Positions 29,309 to 63,558 of a stretch of DNA of 64,000 bases are shown piece after piece (the stretch's first letter is position 1; each line of letters starts with the position of its first letter). The stretch is taken from NCBI GenBank assembly GCA_963693365.1, contig CAVNZM010000015.1, positions 3,162,001 to 3,226,000 on the forward strand, written 5' to 3'. A model generated the notes under the pieces. That model was not told the origin of the DNA and ran no database searches. It worked only from the letters and a program-made list of their open reading frames with translations. A program made the position numbers and the translations under genes. The stretch is from Amoebidium appalachense. Taxonomy: Eukaryota; Protista; Ichthyosporea.

Positions 29309-30958
29309 TCAGGCGGTCTGAACAGATGAGGTAGAGTAGCTCATATGATATCTAATCGACTCTCCCTTATAAGGGAAAGACCCCGTAATCGTCTTTCCGC
29401 GACGCATACGCATCCACAACGGTTTCTCGTGTCCCAATTTTGTCGGGAGCTCGCTGAGGGAAAGAGTGAGCGTTCGCACCGTCGTTTGGTAGTCCAAGTC
29501 GAGTTTCCCCTCAACATTGATATACACTCCGCGCCTGTCCGTAATGAACAACGTTCCTTTCCCCTTCACCATGTTATCTCCCAACCCGACTTTCATTTCG
29601 CATTTGCCCACCGTGTGCACCAGCCTCTCCCCCGGCAACAAGCCCAGCGACCCGTGAACCAAAGCCGCATTGTTTATGGCTCCGTTTTGAATCATATTCA
29701 CCGCAGGTTCAGTTTCTTGAGCTGGTTGAGTCTCCTGCGGGGGGTAGATTGTCGAAACATTTCCGGAATCTTCGGTATTTCCGTCCACGCTGCACGAACT
29801 TGAATTGCTCGACCGGCGGCCGGGCATGCCCACGCTCACGCTCTCAACGCTCAAATTACTCGACGAGTTATTATTTTTGCCGCCGTGGACGTGTCTCCTG
29901 GGGCTGTCGTACACATGTGTGGTCGAGGTTCCGAGTGATGCGGCAGAAGAATAATTGCTGTAAATAGACCCCTCCTGCTGCTCGGCAAACGCCGGAGCCG
30001 AAAGAACCGTTGTAGACCGACGCCTAACCGCCCGCGGTTTTTGTGCTTCACCCCCTGACGTGTCGCGATCGTTGGGAGAGTGGTTGTCTGCTTCGCCCTC
30101 TTGCAACGAATGGGCGGACGAAGAACGGTAGTCTCTCAAAAGCGGAAGCGAGTTTTGTCGTTGGTATCTCGAATTGCTCTCCATCAAATCGACATTGCTC
30201 GTGCTGTTGTTCCTGAAGGAACACCTCTCCAACAACGAACCCTCCGATCTGTGGTTGGCAAGCGCATGGTTGCTGGGGAAAACAGGTTCGGTGGAGTCGC
30301 ATCTTGGTGTAACAGTTGTTGCTGATGAGCTTGCAGAAGAGCCGTCCAAAAAACTCGGTTCGCTGCTGCCGCGTCTCTTGGACCGAATGTATGCGGACCG
30401 CAAGTTTTGACCCGACTCGGTTCCTGGCTCGACGAAGTCCTGCCCGAAGTTCAACTGGCCCGACCCGTGAGTGGAAGGGTGGAGCGACGCCCTCCGCGCC
30501 GGCGCCGTTTCCATCTCTATGCCATACACGAAAGATGGACGTCTTGCACCTTGTTCAGCATGGATGGCGGCCGACGTGGATCTTCGAGCGGGCCGCACCA
30601 TTGAGGAATTCTTCGATGTGTGTAGACTGATGGCGGGCTCGATCGTGCTAGGTGACTGCCGTGGGTTGCTCTCCTCCTTTGGCGTGAGCTCAAATTCTGG
30701 TGTGGTGGGTAAGGGGCCGCTTGTTGATGGGCGTTTTGGGCTTGTGGCTGACAAGTGTTCTATGTTTATAACCGGCATACGGGGTGCATCGTCGTCAAAA
30801 TTGAACTGCGTGCTCCTCCTCCGATTAACATAGGCGAAACGCATCTTGCTTGATGCAGCGGGATCGGTGGGCGTGAGTTTGTTTACGCCGCCAAACATGG
30901 GATTGTGTTCGACGGCGGTGGCTCCTTCGCCTCCGATTGCGGACTGTTGGGGGAACAT
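29309..30958 (-). CDS. Intronless Ser-rich protein with C-terminal PH/GRAM-like domain (start at ATG 30958 or 30994)
   Basis: About 550 open codons of complex sequence. The C-terminus LLPGERLV..C..KGTLFITDRRGVY resembles the GRAM/PH-like GxLYITxxR pattern. Confidence 0.7.
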   Translation of the reverse strand: MFPQQSAIGGEGATAVEHNPMFGGVNKLTPTDPAASSKMRFAYVNRRRSTQFNFDDDAPRMPVINIEHLSATSPKRPSTSGPLPTTPEFELTPKEESNPRQSPSTIEPAISLHTSKNSSMVRPARRSTSAAIHAEQGARRPSFVYGIEMETAPARRASLHPSTHGSGQLNFGQDFVEPGTESGQNLRSAYIRSKRRGSSEPSFLDGSSASSSATTVTPRCDSTEPVFPSNHALANHRSEGSLLERCSFRNNSTSNVDLMESNSRYQRQNSLPLLRDYRSSSAHSLQEGEADNHSPNDRDTSGGEAQKPRAVRRRSTTVLSAPAFAEQQEGSIYSNYSSAASLGTSTTHVYDSPRRHVHGGKNNNSSSNLSVESVSVGMPGRRSSNSSSCSVDGNTEDSGNVSTIYPPQETQPAQETEPAVNMIQNGAINNAALVHGSLGLLPGERLVHTVGKCEMKVGLGDNMVKGKGTLFITDRRGVYINVEGKLDLDYQTTVRTLTLSLSELPTKLGHEKPLWMRMRRGKTITGSFPYKGESIRYHMSYSTSSVQTA

Positions 30959-33900
30959 GTTGAAGGATGTGGGTGTGTGTACCGTTTTGGTCATGATAAT
31001 GCAGAAATGTTCATGATCCTTACTTAGGGTTTGCACGTGGACAACTTGAATGGAGTATCTGTTAGAGAGATTCGGCGTGTGTGTGTGTGTTGTTGTTTAC
31101 TGCTGTTCAGTGGTCTTATGGTGAATTCGTGCAGTACCTATCTATAGTTCGCATGTGCATGTGCAAAGTGTCATTGACTTGGATGGCCCCCCACTGATCT
31201 TGCTCACACAACCTTGAAACTCGCGCAACATTAAGGGAGAGGAGAGGAGAAAAACTGTGAGGGAAAGGGAACAGAAGAGGAAAAACTACACACAAATTGG
31301 AATGGAAGAGTGTCAAGGTAATTGAATGAGCATGTGTGTAAACATGTGGGCCATTCAACGTCAAAAGCATTGTAGTACCAGGGTTGTGCCGTTCAGTTAT
31401 GCGGGGGAGCATACCATGACTTGGTATGCGAACACAGTTTGATCGGCGGTTAGTCTGCTCTTTCATTACGTCATGCTTTTGTCATCTGTGAGTTTAATTA
31501 AGGGAATTGAAGCAGATAGGCATCTATGATGGGTAAACATAGAACACATGTTTTAGACTTGCCGCCTGGACTATCATCACCGAAGCACCGAGTATATATG
31601 TTATCTTCCCTTGACAAATAAGTCCGCTCCTCGGAAAACAAAATCTGTTACAACATACATATAACGTTAACTTAATTATACACATTGACTATATCTATTG
31701 GCGTACATATAATCAATGTATATAGTCGTTTGATGGCGAAAGCACACTTATTATCAATAAGTGTCTATTGTAGTAAAATGGAACACCTGTTGTGATAAAA
31801 AAATGCGATGCTCTTAAGCACGCGCTGTTCCTATTGGTGGAGGTGTTTCATGAGCCGGTCATCAAGAGGGGTTGCCCGGTTTTGGCCGCCTTAATCGTTT
31901 TACCTCAAATGCACGGGTTTCTAGATGGCCGTGCTCAAATGGTATCGTATTGTCGAATACTCTTAGTCGTATTGGTGATGGTATTGGTGGAGTGCTTTTC
32001 AATATAGACTTGACCAATTTAAACCCCAACTGTTTTGTAATTTCAGATGCTAATATCGTGCAAACTTCTACTTCACTAATATTATGGAACCCTGAAACAG
32101 AAAACAGGGCTTCGTATTCTTTTTGCAAGTGCAAGAAATACCAACAGATCACTTTTTTATAAAATTCATTCATTTTTTCATATATGAAGATGTTAAATTA
32201 CACGCTTGGAGCCTACATGTTTGATACGAACGGGGATTACGACACCCTACAGTGCTAACCGTATTGGCCCCTCTGCCTAATCGTATTTTTGAAGGCAAAC
32301 TCTAGCTGGGGACTCATCAGGACTCGGAGCCTCGCCGGGAGGCGCCGGGTTATAGGGGTATTAGCTACATGATTGGTGTGCTGCGCATCAGCCGCGCACC
32401 ATATGAATCGTTTGGCCGGCAGCAAGGTACAGATGCGCCATAAAACAAAAAAAAATGAAAAAGAAAAGAGAAAAAAAATAAAAAAAATCACGGGATAATG
32501 ATAATAAAGCGTTAGGAAGAAGATTGCAGTTCATATCATGATTTATATGCTGAAAAAACGGCTTGACCCGGATGTGCTGGAATGGGGACAATAATTAATC
32601 GGCCTAAAAGAAACCCCTCTAGAGATCTCGTTTGCAATCATTGCTTTTTCATATGCAGATTTACTTCAAAGAAGGGCAATATATTTACTGCATATAATAA
32701 CAAAAGCCTTTTTGTGAAACATTATACCTTAAGGCCAGATGTAGGCAAACAATCCATATGCGGACTCCTTCGGAGTTTTGGCGTAGCTCCGGCGTGACCA
32801 AAGGCTCTGACAGTCTGATCTTATCTGCACCCTAAACAAACAGGCCTCTAGTGTCTAGGGTATTGCCAACTTGCAACAACCGTTCAAGTTCTCTATGTTG
32901 GCCGTATCGACGGTATCGTAGTATGTAGTGGCATTTCAATAATCACAGGACAGTAGTAATATTTTTATTTTATTTTATCCCGTTTCACTCCCAGCGAGGC
33001 ACTGCCTGCAGGGGAGCTTACCGTCTTCCGCCTGGACACAGATCGTACTGTATAGCACACTCATAAGTCAGGATTCTAATTGACCCCAACTGGCACTATT
33101 TTTAGTTACGCCTTATGATTCCTCGCCCCAAGCCCCCTCGCCTCCTCAACTCACTCCTATGTCCGGTGGCAGGGCCTGACTTGACTTGGTTGAAGTCAGG
33201 GTATTCAATCTTCAAGTCGCGACTTGAAGTCAATTCGCCACACCCCTGGTTCCAAGCAATTGGCATGGTTGCTTTTACCACACAGAAATCCCTAACACGT
33301 AATGACGTGTTGCCGCACGTGCGACGTTTTAACATCTACTCAGTAAAAAAAAAAAAAAAAAAAAGGAAAGGAGACACCGCCTCAGTAGGTGGTAGCAGAA
33401 ATCCCGGGCCGCACGCGGCCGCGGCAGCCTGAAGTACTAGTGACACAAGGCAGCAAGCACGGCCCTCTGAAAACACGCAGCAAGGCCAACGCCTCAGCGC
33501 ACCCACCGAACTTGCAGCCTCGAGCTCGCACGTGCTTGTAGGAAGCATTGATTCCGGCCGGTGTTTTGCATGCTCGTGTTTTTTTCTTTCTTACTTTTAC
33601 CCCATATAGGCCCTCAGGCAGTCAATTGCAGAGTACGGTATCCTCTCAACTAGGCCGCCAAGTATTGAATAAAACGTTTTACTTCGAACGCATGGCTCCA
33701 GTGACTCCTCATGATCTAATATACAATAGGTTTTTGAATATCCCCGGTGGCACACATGGATTGTGCAATGTGCATGATACAAGTAGGTCTGTGCGCCCGC
33801 TGCGCGGGCGCCAACTGAATGAAGCTGCGGTCTAGTGCATTTGGACAGTCACGCGTAGGTCTGGGAAAAGAAGCTGCAAACTGGGGGCCTGACAGCTTGT

Positions 33901-36177
33901 GTCTGAAATCTAGACTCTAGATCTAGGAATTTTTTTTTCTTTTGACTGGATTTATTCAACGGAAAGATATGCAAGTATGTATGCTCGGCATACTGAGAAG
34001 ACAACAAAAACTTCACGAGTTATCCAGTAACAAGTGCATACTGAGATACCTGAACACTGTGTGAAAATCATATAAATAGGTACTCAATGTGACGACCAAC
34101 AGAATTCAACAAAAAGTCTAAATTGTTCACATTGCCAGCCAGTGTAGCCTAGACACCCGTCGGGAAAGAGGTAAAACGCGACATAAAAACTCACACCTAT
34201 CCACATGCTTTCGATTAAAAAGTTCAGCACAAAAGTGGCACCAGCGGCGATGGAAACAAGAATTACAACGCCACTGCACAACTTCCCAGGCAATATCAAC
34301 ATCGATATCAGAGCACCATACAGACTGATCTACTAGGGTGGTATCCATACGTACAGCAGGAGAAATGTATCCTGCCAAAGCTCCAAAAAAGCGATAATGA
34401 TCAGGTACGGTGTTGCCTAAGGAACATAACACATGCCGACTGAGTTTTACCTTTGATTTCTCTATCAGAACGAGAAACAAACTTATACTGCGTATGGTAA
34501 TAACTCGAAAAGGCAGAAAAAACAGGAAGAGAAAAGAAAGAGGGCGTGAGATAGCGAGAGGAAGGATCAGGTTGAAAGACGGTAGGCTGAGGACATTCAG
34601 AAGTGGCGTTGGTGAATCAATATTGGGGGGGGGGAAAGGGATGGAGGGAGGCGGGGGAAAGAAAGTGTCTGAATCCTAGACTCTGAAAACTCTCTTTCCT
34701 TTCAAGTTCTCTTTTTTGGCCGGGTCAAACCCGCGCAAGGCGGCTTCCGCCAGCGTTTGATTTACACATGTATGTGGTGTTTACTTTGAAGTCAAAAGAA
34801 AAAAATAAACGGGGTCAAGGGGGTCCACAACCCGGGGTTAAGGGGGTGCACAAAAACGCATTCCATATTTTGTTTTCCTGTGTTTTGATTCGATATAATT
34901 AGCCCTTCAAATGCTATCCCCTCTGAGTCTGCACTGGCTCCGATTGGTAAACGCTCTTTGGTAAAAAATGAGGACGCTAATGGCCAATCATCATCGGAAT
35001 CGGTTTTAAAGTTCTTGCCGATTTTGCTCATTAAACGAGCGTTCCATTGTTGGTTGTAAACTTTATGAACATTTATACCGAAATAGTGACTGCTGCACCC
35101 ATTTTTTTGTGGTTTGCTCACGAAACCGTCGGATAATCGCATATTCTGTTCAGCAATTTAGCGCCCCGACATGTACGCTTCACGTACGTGCGTCGCGGGT
35201 GCCTTTTGGGACGGTCGAAAGTTTTGGGGTTTTTTTAATAATAAAACCCATACTTTTTGATTAATTAGGTTTTTTATACATGAGCAAATATTTTTCTTGT
35301 GCCGTCACTCTTTACTCGCCCAAAGTAGCTGGCAGTTCGAATTCCACATGCCACTTCGTCGTCGTGGCTGCGGCCGTTCCTCAAAGAAAACCCGTTTAAA
35401 AACGAACCATTGATCCTTGATTTATGGAGTCCCCGGAGTAAAATATTCGGGTAACTTAGTAAACCCATAATCAGTTAGTGACACTTTTCGAGTGCCACGC
35501 CGTGTGCACTGTGCTTCTAACACTGTAAACGCCGGGGAGTACAGAATGTGCCTGGGACGCCAAAGCTGTTTGCACGATGATCAGGCAAACGCTGTTCAGG
35601 CAAACGCTGTTCAAGCTAAATCTTTTGCATGCACGTGGCAGCGGTGCCCACACTGATATCAGTCGGTGCACACTCTGCCTGTGTGAACAAGTTGGCTAGC
35701 AAGAAAAATAGGGTGACTGAGCCTTCCCCTCCCCCCTCCCCCCCCTCCCTCCCCCAACACACACACACACATACACGTGACACACACACACACGGGCACG
35801 TCTTGTTCTAAGGCTTGTGTTCCGGGACCAAATCATAGCCTCGCCCGGCCCGGGGGTGTAAGTGGCGCGCAGCATCTTACTTTCTCAATATTGCTATATT
35901 GGAAGTGTGTACATGTGTGTGTGACACATGTGTGTGTGTGTTTTGTGTGTGTGTGTGTACATGTGTGTGTGTGTGTGTGTGTGTCACAGTGTGTGCGGTC
36001 ACAGTGTACATGTGTGACGCGTCTACATGTGTGTGCATGACAACCAACCAAGGTTGTATTTCTTTTGCTAAATTGATGCAAATGCAAATTTCAGCAATGA
36101 AAAATATCGCACACGCAACGGGATCGCCTCGAACCGACTGTTGCAAATAGGATTAGCAATCTGTTAACTGCATGGAA

Positions 36178-36301
<124 letters not shown>

Positions 36302-36507
36302 TTGGGGGGGGGGGGGGGGAGGGGGAGGGGGAGGAAGAGGGAGGGAGGAGGAGGAGGGAGGGTGCGAAGGGGGTCCAAGTGGGAGAGGGGAAGGAAACAG
36401 TGTGATCATCGTTACTTGCAGAGGGAAATATATAAGCGGGGTCTCTTAGACTGTTCGTGTATTACCAAACATGGAAGCAGGGAGCACATCTCCCTTCCCT
36501 GCAACGG

Positions 36508-36657
36508 TTGCACGTGCCATTGCTTATAAGCCTCACACATGTGCACACAACTCATCAACCCCAGCTCTAGCCATATTCAGGCTTGCACGTGCCATTGCCT
36601 ATAAGCCTCACACATGTGCACACAACTCATCAACCCCAGCACTAGCTATATTCAGGC
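36508..36657. repeat. Tandem duplication of a ~73-bp unit
   Basis: TTGCACGTGCCATTGC(T/C)TATAAGCCTCACACATGTGCACACAACTCATCAACCCCAGC..TATTCAGGC occurs twice. Confidence 0.9.
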
Positions 36658-36885
36658 TCATTTAGCCATCATTTAGCAAAATCTATAACAATTTTGCCAT
36701 AACTTAATATTCAGTGATTACATTCATTCATTAATTACGGCTTCGTATGTGCCACTGGGTTTTTTTACGACACATATTAAATACGAATTCATCTATCTGC
36801 ATCTATCTGCAACTTCATGCTTTGCCATCCCCCCCCCCCCCCCCCTCCCCCCCCCTCTCCCGGCCCGCCCGCCCGCCCCACCATC

Positions 36886-36975
<90 letters not shown>

Positions 36976-37049
36976 CCACGCCGACGCCCACGCCCACACC
37001 CACCTCCACGCCCACACCCACACCCACACCCACACCCACACCCACACCA

Positions 37050-37107
<58 letters not shown>

Positions 37108-37116
37108 CCGCTATTT

Positions 37117-56717
<19,601 letters not shown>

Positions 56718-57472
56718 CTGTAATTCAAAGATGTTAAAAATGTTTCAGTAAATGTTTGTTTGTTTGGTTTTGTTTCTTTCATTTATTTTTATTATTATCA
56801 TTATCATTGTTGGGAAGGGGGGCGGGGGGGGGGGGGGGGGGGGGGGGGGGGGAGAGGGGGGGGGGAGGGGGGGGGGGGGGGGGGGGGGGGGAAGGGTACT
56901 GTAGTGTGTTCATGTCACCTTAATTTTTTTATTTTATTTTTTTGTATTCAATATTTTTTCGTAGTATGTGCAGTTTTAACCGATGGTGGGTATGTGGCTG
57001 TGACTAACTTTGTCAGTTTATGGTTTTTATTTATTTATTTATTTTTTTGAATGAAAAGGGTATTGTAGTGTGTTTTTTTTTTGTTCTCTTTCGGTAGTAA
57101 GAGTTTCTTCTCTGTGTGTGCTGTTTGTGTTCGTGGAGGCACGTGAAAAAACAGCAAGTGTAGCTGGCAAGAGGGGGGCGATTCTGGGGAAGGTGTTTGT
57201 ACTTCTGACTGGTTGATATGCATCTAGGCCTGGGTTTGCTTTGCTTTGCCATTACTTCGAAACACAGACTGTAGGGAAATTATGCTGCAAACATCAGGAG
57301 AACAAGTATACCATTGAACAATACAACAATAGAAAGCATTATTCACTTCTCCCCTTCGTAGGTTACCGTTTGTGCAGGCAAAGAGTTGAGAAGGGAAAAG
57401 GGGGTGGAGGGTGGGGGGTGTGGGGGTGGGGGTGGGGGGGGGGGGAGGGGAGGGGGGGGGAGGGGGGAAGAG

Positions 57473-57503
<31 letters not shown>

Positions 57504-57700
57504 AGGGGGGGGGGGGGATGGTCCCGCTGCAGTAATGCACAATGTGTAAAGCGAATGTGCATGGTTTGTAGATTGACATTCCAACACAAAAGAAATTTTG
57601 AATAAAGTTCACAGAAACCGGAAGAACGTATGGTTGCTTCTAATAATAGCACATGGACACTATGCCTACTTGTTAGTTTGTTATTTTAATATTTTTTTTT

Positions 57701-57731
<31 letters not shown>

Positions 57732-58831
57732 GGGGGGGAGGGGGCAGCAGGGGGGCCTTTAGTAGGGTGGACCTAAGATAACTTGGGGAGCAGCAGTAAG
57801 TGGATGAGAGTAGGGTTTGCAGGGAGGCGAAGAAAGAAGAAAGGTTGAAACATAGCACTTTGTAATGCCCTATAACAACAAGAATACAAGAAAACAGAAA
57901 GGGGCTATTTGTGAGAATGTGTGGTTTTGTGAATCATGCTTGGAGGGAAAGGGGGCCACAGGCAGGGCGAACAAGCGACTTGAGATGGGGGATTTTATCT
58001 CACACGTGAGAAGGGGGAATTTATCTTTAATGGCGCGCACACGTGAACACACGCACAAGCACGACATACGCATACACACACACACACACTTAAGATGCAC
58101 GCACAGCCATGTGCGTTGTTATGGCGGCAGGATTTGCAAAAGGTTACCCCTAGTGATGAGAGAGATCTTTGCTGTACTTTCTAGTCAAGGGAACACACCA
58201 GTTAAACCGATAGCCAGCTGTCGCGCTACACGGGCTGTAAAACATCACATGAACTCAACACTTTCCCTTGAGGTTTCATTGTATAATGTAATTTTTTTTG
58301 GGTTTGTGTACAACGTGAACCACAGAAAGCTTAACGCATGGTGACCGCGTCGCGTCACGAGCGTAAAAAAGAAGAGGAAATTCCCAACCCGGCGTTTTAA
58401 CCTAAGGAACTGTATGCTAGAGTAATTAGAGAAGAAAATACGCCGTTAACACCAGCACTTTGCTTCCTAGTCCCACCCTCCCCTACAGTTTTCTTTCCAA
58501 ATATTCCAGAACTGCTTTCCCTCGCTCTCTCTCCCTGCTTTTTCTGTGTTTTTTGTAGTAAGTCGAAGCATTTTGGCGCCAGATCCAGGCCAGTCATTTT
58601 TCACCATGCAAAATAATCGTTGAAACCAATCATTTCAGAGAAAACCAGTTTTAGATTTAATATGCGTGTTTTTATTGGATCATAATTGCTTATACTGATT
58701 TAATGTTATGCCTTGCATGTGCCACGTGAAAATGCCGGCGGGCGGAAAATGTAAAAGCTGAAGCCACTCAGACCGTGGCACACACACGCACAAACCAAGC
58801 AACAGTCGGAGTTTCAACAAAAGCAACGAAA

Positions 58832-60537
58832 ATGTCTGATGAACTTGATAACATGGTAAGCACACATCACACCATTATCATGTTTATGGGTTACAGACGA
58901 AGGATGGACATGGTGTGAAGGAAGGACCGAGGAGATCAGAGAAACTTAATAGTGATGGTCGAGGGGGGAAAAGTAGCCTGCGAAAACTTGGGTCGAAGGG
59001 TGACCTGGAGCAAGGAAGGAGGGTCCATGTTTATAGTCGCGCGAGTCCTAAGTAATTCAGAGACAAAACATGGCTGCCAAATGACTTGGAGAACGGACGG
59101 TAACAAAAGTGAAGGCGGCGTGGTGATCAAAGAAGCTGAACGACGTGAAGGGGTTAAGAACACAAGCGACGGGTGCTCTTGGAGGGAAAGCGTGGGAAAG
59201 AGTCAGGTTGGCTAAAAGCCCTTGCTTGTAGTTACAGGAGGACGGAAGCGTTGACAGAGAAATTTGCCAGAAGACGTTGATCGCGACTTAGGGGTCGTAG
59301 GTGAAGGAGACGGGTAGCTGGGCAGGAGGTGTACAGGATTCGTATTGGTGTAGTGAGAAAGGGAACTGGTGTTACCTTTTTATGGGTTCAGCGAGGGGTA
59401 AGGATTAAGGGGCTGAGCGGGGGGGGGGGGGGGGGGGGGTTTACGGTTCTGGTTTTATTAACTGGGTTATTAGGTGGATTGCTTTTTTGGTGTCGTGCAC
59501 TGAGGAGGGCAGGGTTGCGGTGATGTTGTACACTATATGATGCTTTTCGGTATTGAAGGGAAATTTGGGTGCAGCAGCAGGGGTCTGAGACCTTCAACGA
59601 GGGCGAGACCAAGCAGGAGGCTGTCGAGCCTGCTGAGCCTGCCGGGGAGGAAACCAACCAGGAAAATGGTGCCCCCAGCGAACAGGAAGGTATGTGTTCT
59701 GGCTTGAGAGATCATGAAACACATCGCCAGGCCATTCATGAGGCAGTGAGCAGGGTGATTTTGTCGGGTCGTATTTCGAGTTAAGTTCGTTGTTTGGGGG
59801 GCGCTTTCGTTTCTTTTTTGTGTAGCAGGGTAAGAATGCTTTTTAAACGTTTCCACAAGTCATGCCAGCAGTACGCACCATTGTTACCCACCCCTGTGTT
59901 TCTTTGACGTACTAGATTGCACCACACTTAACGTTGTCGTGCCTCCAAATTATCACTCTCCCATTTCCCTTCTGAACATAGCTTTTGTCTGCACCACAAG
60001 GTAAATATTCAGTATCCCCGAATCATTGGACATCCACAGTCCCGCATCATTGGACATCCACAGTCCCGCGTCAAGCATCATAGAGAGGGAGACGGGAGGG
60101 GGGTGGGGGGGAGAGAGGGAGGGATTAACGGGAAGGGGGGAGGAGATGGGGGACTTTGGGGGGGGGGGTGGGGGATGGGGGAGAAGGAGGAGGGAGGGCA
60201 ATGGGGGAGCTGCTTTGAAAGGAGATGGGGTAGCTGCGAAGGGGACTATTATTTTTCTAAGCACAAACACGGTTGTGTTAGTAACGCTCTGCTGCAAATC
60301 AGGCGGTGCGGTGAAGCGGGCACACGAGGAGGACGATGGTGCCCAGGCGAAGTCTGAGGCTGACGGTGCTGAGCCCCCTGCAAAAAGGCAGAACACCGGG
60401 TAGGTGGCCCCACATATTCACGTGCAATGTTTTTTTTTGTTGTTGTTTTGCCTTCCCCCCCCCCCCCCCTCCCTCCCTCCCTCCCTCCCTCTCCTTCCTC
60501 CCAAAGGTTGGGAGGGCATGTTTTTGTGTGTGTGTGT

Positions 60538-60578
<41 letters not shown>

Positions 60579-61308
60579 ACGGGTCGATGGGACAAACCTG
60601 GTACATCATTTTGTTGACCATTTGTGGAAACCGGGGAAGACGCGGGGGGGGGGGGGGGGGAGGAGGGACGGGGGGGTTGTCTTGCTTAGGAATGTTGCGC
60701 ATACGAAGTAGGGAGAATAAAAGAAATCAACCGAGCATTGGGGAGGGGAGGGGGGGCAAAGGGGGGTTCTTTGTGGCACCTTTTTGTTTGTTTTGTTTTT
60801 TGTTTTTTTTTGGGGGGGGGGGGGGGGGGTCAAGAGGCATATAATGCTAAGCAGAAGTGCACGTGCATGTGTTGGCTTAGACGGTAAAGGGAAGGCTCTT
60901 TGTACATCTTTTTGATATTGGAAACGACCCAAGCATTAACCTCATTATCTGTGCGCAGGGATTCGGGGGCTGAAAACACAGAGCCCGAGGAGACCCGTGT
61001 CATTCTGGTCCCGTCAAACCTTGGTGGGTGAAATGTGTGTTTTTTTAAAAAAAAATATTTTTTCTTTTTTTTTGGGGGGGGGGGGGGGGGGGGGGGAGGG
61101 TCTTGTTCTTTTCCTTGCCTTTGCCTTTGTGGAAAGGTTTAAATAAGCCTTCCTAGAGAGTGTTTTTCCCTCAGAGATAGTGCCGGTCACGTCTTTTGGG
61201 CTTGCGTGAAATTCCAGCGGTTTGCGCAACCTCTGTTTCTTCCAACATCACATCTCCTAAATGAAAACTAAATTAGTAGAAGTAACACCTAAACACACAT
61301 GGACACAT

Positions 61309-61341
<33 letters not shown>

Positions 61342-61949
61342 TCCCACGTGGAATATGCAACCTTTACTCACCTTTTCTTCTGCAGCTGGCTACATCATTG
61401 GCAGCAAGGGAGACACCATTCGCCGGTTGGAGGCCAAGTCAGGTGCCAAAATCAAGGTGGCCCAAGGTACGTGCCCCCCCCCCCCCCCCCCCCCCTCCGG
61501 CCCGCCCCGTGTAACTCAAGGGCAAGAAGGGGGAATGTGGGTCGGACAGGCAGGGGTTGTGTGTGTGTGTGTGTGTGTATTGATGGGGGGGAGGGGTTTA
61601 GGGATGATCGGATGATTCAGGCTCATAGACGAACAAGTTGACGTCGTTTTTGCGTTATATTGACGGTAGACAAAATGGCTGGCTTTGCCTTTGTATGGTG
61701 CTACCTCCATCTTAAAAGTTGCGCTATTTCCATATAAGGGAATTCTAGAGAAATTCTAAAGATATGCCGACGTAAACATTCAGACTGTTTTGTTGACTTT
61801 GAATTATTTCATCCGCAGGCAGCGACAGCCCGGAGAGGGAGGTGACGATCAGCGGGTCGGCAGCGGCTGTAGAGCAGGGGATGAAGGCTGTGAACGAGGT
61901 TATCGACACGGAGGTGGGTGTGGGTGGGTGGGTGGGTGTTTTGTTTTTT

Positions 61950-61997
<48 letters not shown>

Positions 61998-62422
61998 CTG
62001 CGTGTGTGGGTGTGCGTGTGTGCGGGCGTGGGTGTTTGTGGGAGTGCATGTGGGTGTCGGGGGGAGGGGAAGGGGTGGAGGAGTGTGTGTATGTGTGCAT
62101 TTGTGTGCATGTGGGTGTCGGTGCATGGGTGTTTGAGGGCGTACATGTGTGTGTGTGGTTGTGCTCGGCAGGGGGGGGAGGGGGGGGGCCTGTGTGTGTG
62201 GGTGTGTATGTGCATGTGTGTGGGTGTTGGTGCAGGGGTGCATGGGTGCATGGGCGGCTGGGGGAAGGAGAGGTGTGTCAGGAGGAATAGGGGGTGGAGG
62301 GGAGGGGATGTAAGAGAGGCACGAGCTAATGGCAAAGGGGTTAAGGCACCCTAAAGAGTAGTTCTAAATTCGAGATTTTCCAATTGTGATAGTGTAGTAT
62401 TGTTTTTAAATGGCATTCTAAC

Positions 62423-62468
<46 letters not shown>

Positions 62469-63507
62469 GGGGGGGGGGGGAGGAGGGGGGGTTGTTTGTT
62501 TGTTTGCTTGTTTTTTGTTTTCTTCCATCTCATTTCGTTTATTGGTTTCTTTTTTTTTTTTTTTTCTCCATGCAGAGGGAGAGGGCCAAAGCACGTGAGG
62601 AGGATGAGAAAGTAGTCAAAGACCGCATTGAATTCTTGTGCCCCCGTACCCGTGTGGGCCTGATCATCGGCAGGGGGGGGGAGAAGATTAGAGAACTGCA
62701 GGAAAAGAGCGGCGCTAAAATCCAGGTGGGGTTTGTGTTTGGCCCTCTCAGTCGATTTCTTTTTTTATTATTTTTTTTATATTTTTTTTAACCCTTTTCT
62801 TTCTCCCAACGGCACCATATGCATTATATGCACTATATGCCTGTTTGTGTCTTTCAGGCTTTCCCCTCCCCCTGTCTGTATCCATATCTCTTCCTGTCCT
62901 TTCTGTCCCCTTCTCTCTCTCTCTCTCTCTTTCTCCCTCTCTGTGTGTGTATGTGTCTCAAATCCCCTCTCTCGCCTCTCCCGCGCTTACCTTGCTCACT
63001 TTCTCTCACTTCCGCCCTCTCTCAGTCACCCGGCTCTTCTCTCTTGATAGTTTCCTTTTTCTCCCCAACGAAACCACACATGTGGTCCCACCTCCCATCC
63101 TAAAACGGCCTCTTTTTTCAACTAACACCGAGCACCCTTCCGTTTCTGCTTGCGCAACAACGCCACATTCACTTGTCCTTTTTGTAAATTTACCGAAAGT
63201 CCCGCAAATTTTTCAGGTGGTGCAAGATGGGATCCCCCCCTATGCCGAGGGCAAGCCCGTGCTTCTGACGGGTACCCGTGAGTCTGTGGAGACTGCGCGC
63301 AACATGATCCGAGATGTGATTGGTGACGGCTTCATCCTGCCCTCCAACTACAGCCTGACCGTGTTCAACAACCCCGATGGAACGAGTATGTGTTTGAATG
63401 TGTGGGTGGGTGTTTTGGCGGCGTGGTATTTGGTATTTGGTTCGGGTGTTTTTTTTGTTTGTTTCTTGTTTCTTGTTTTTTTTTTTTTTCCCTTCTTGAA
63501 GAGGAAG

Positions 63508-63558
<51 letters not shown>

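Noticed and set aside
31862-35142. Short minus-strand ORFs (31862-32173, 33102-33335, 34084-34480, 34792-35142)
   Set aside because: No recognisable domain and no consistent splice chain; the hydrophobic 34.1-34.4 kb frame has internal stops. Possibly decayed gene or TE fragments, but I cannot support a call.
60688-60740. Possible antisense retro-copy remnant in a KH-gene intron (GGAATGTTGCGCATACGAAGTA)
   Set aside because: Only a short loose match to the A/B 3' end. If real, it would be an exception to the sense-orientation bias.
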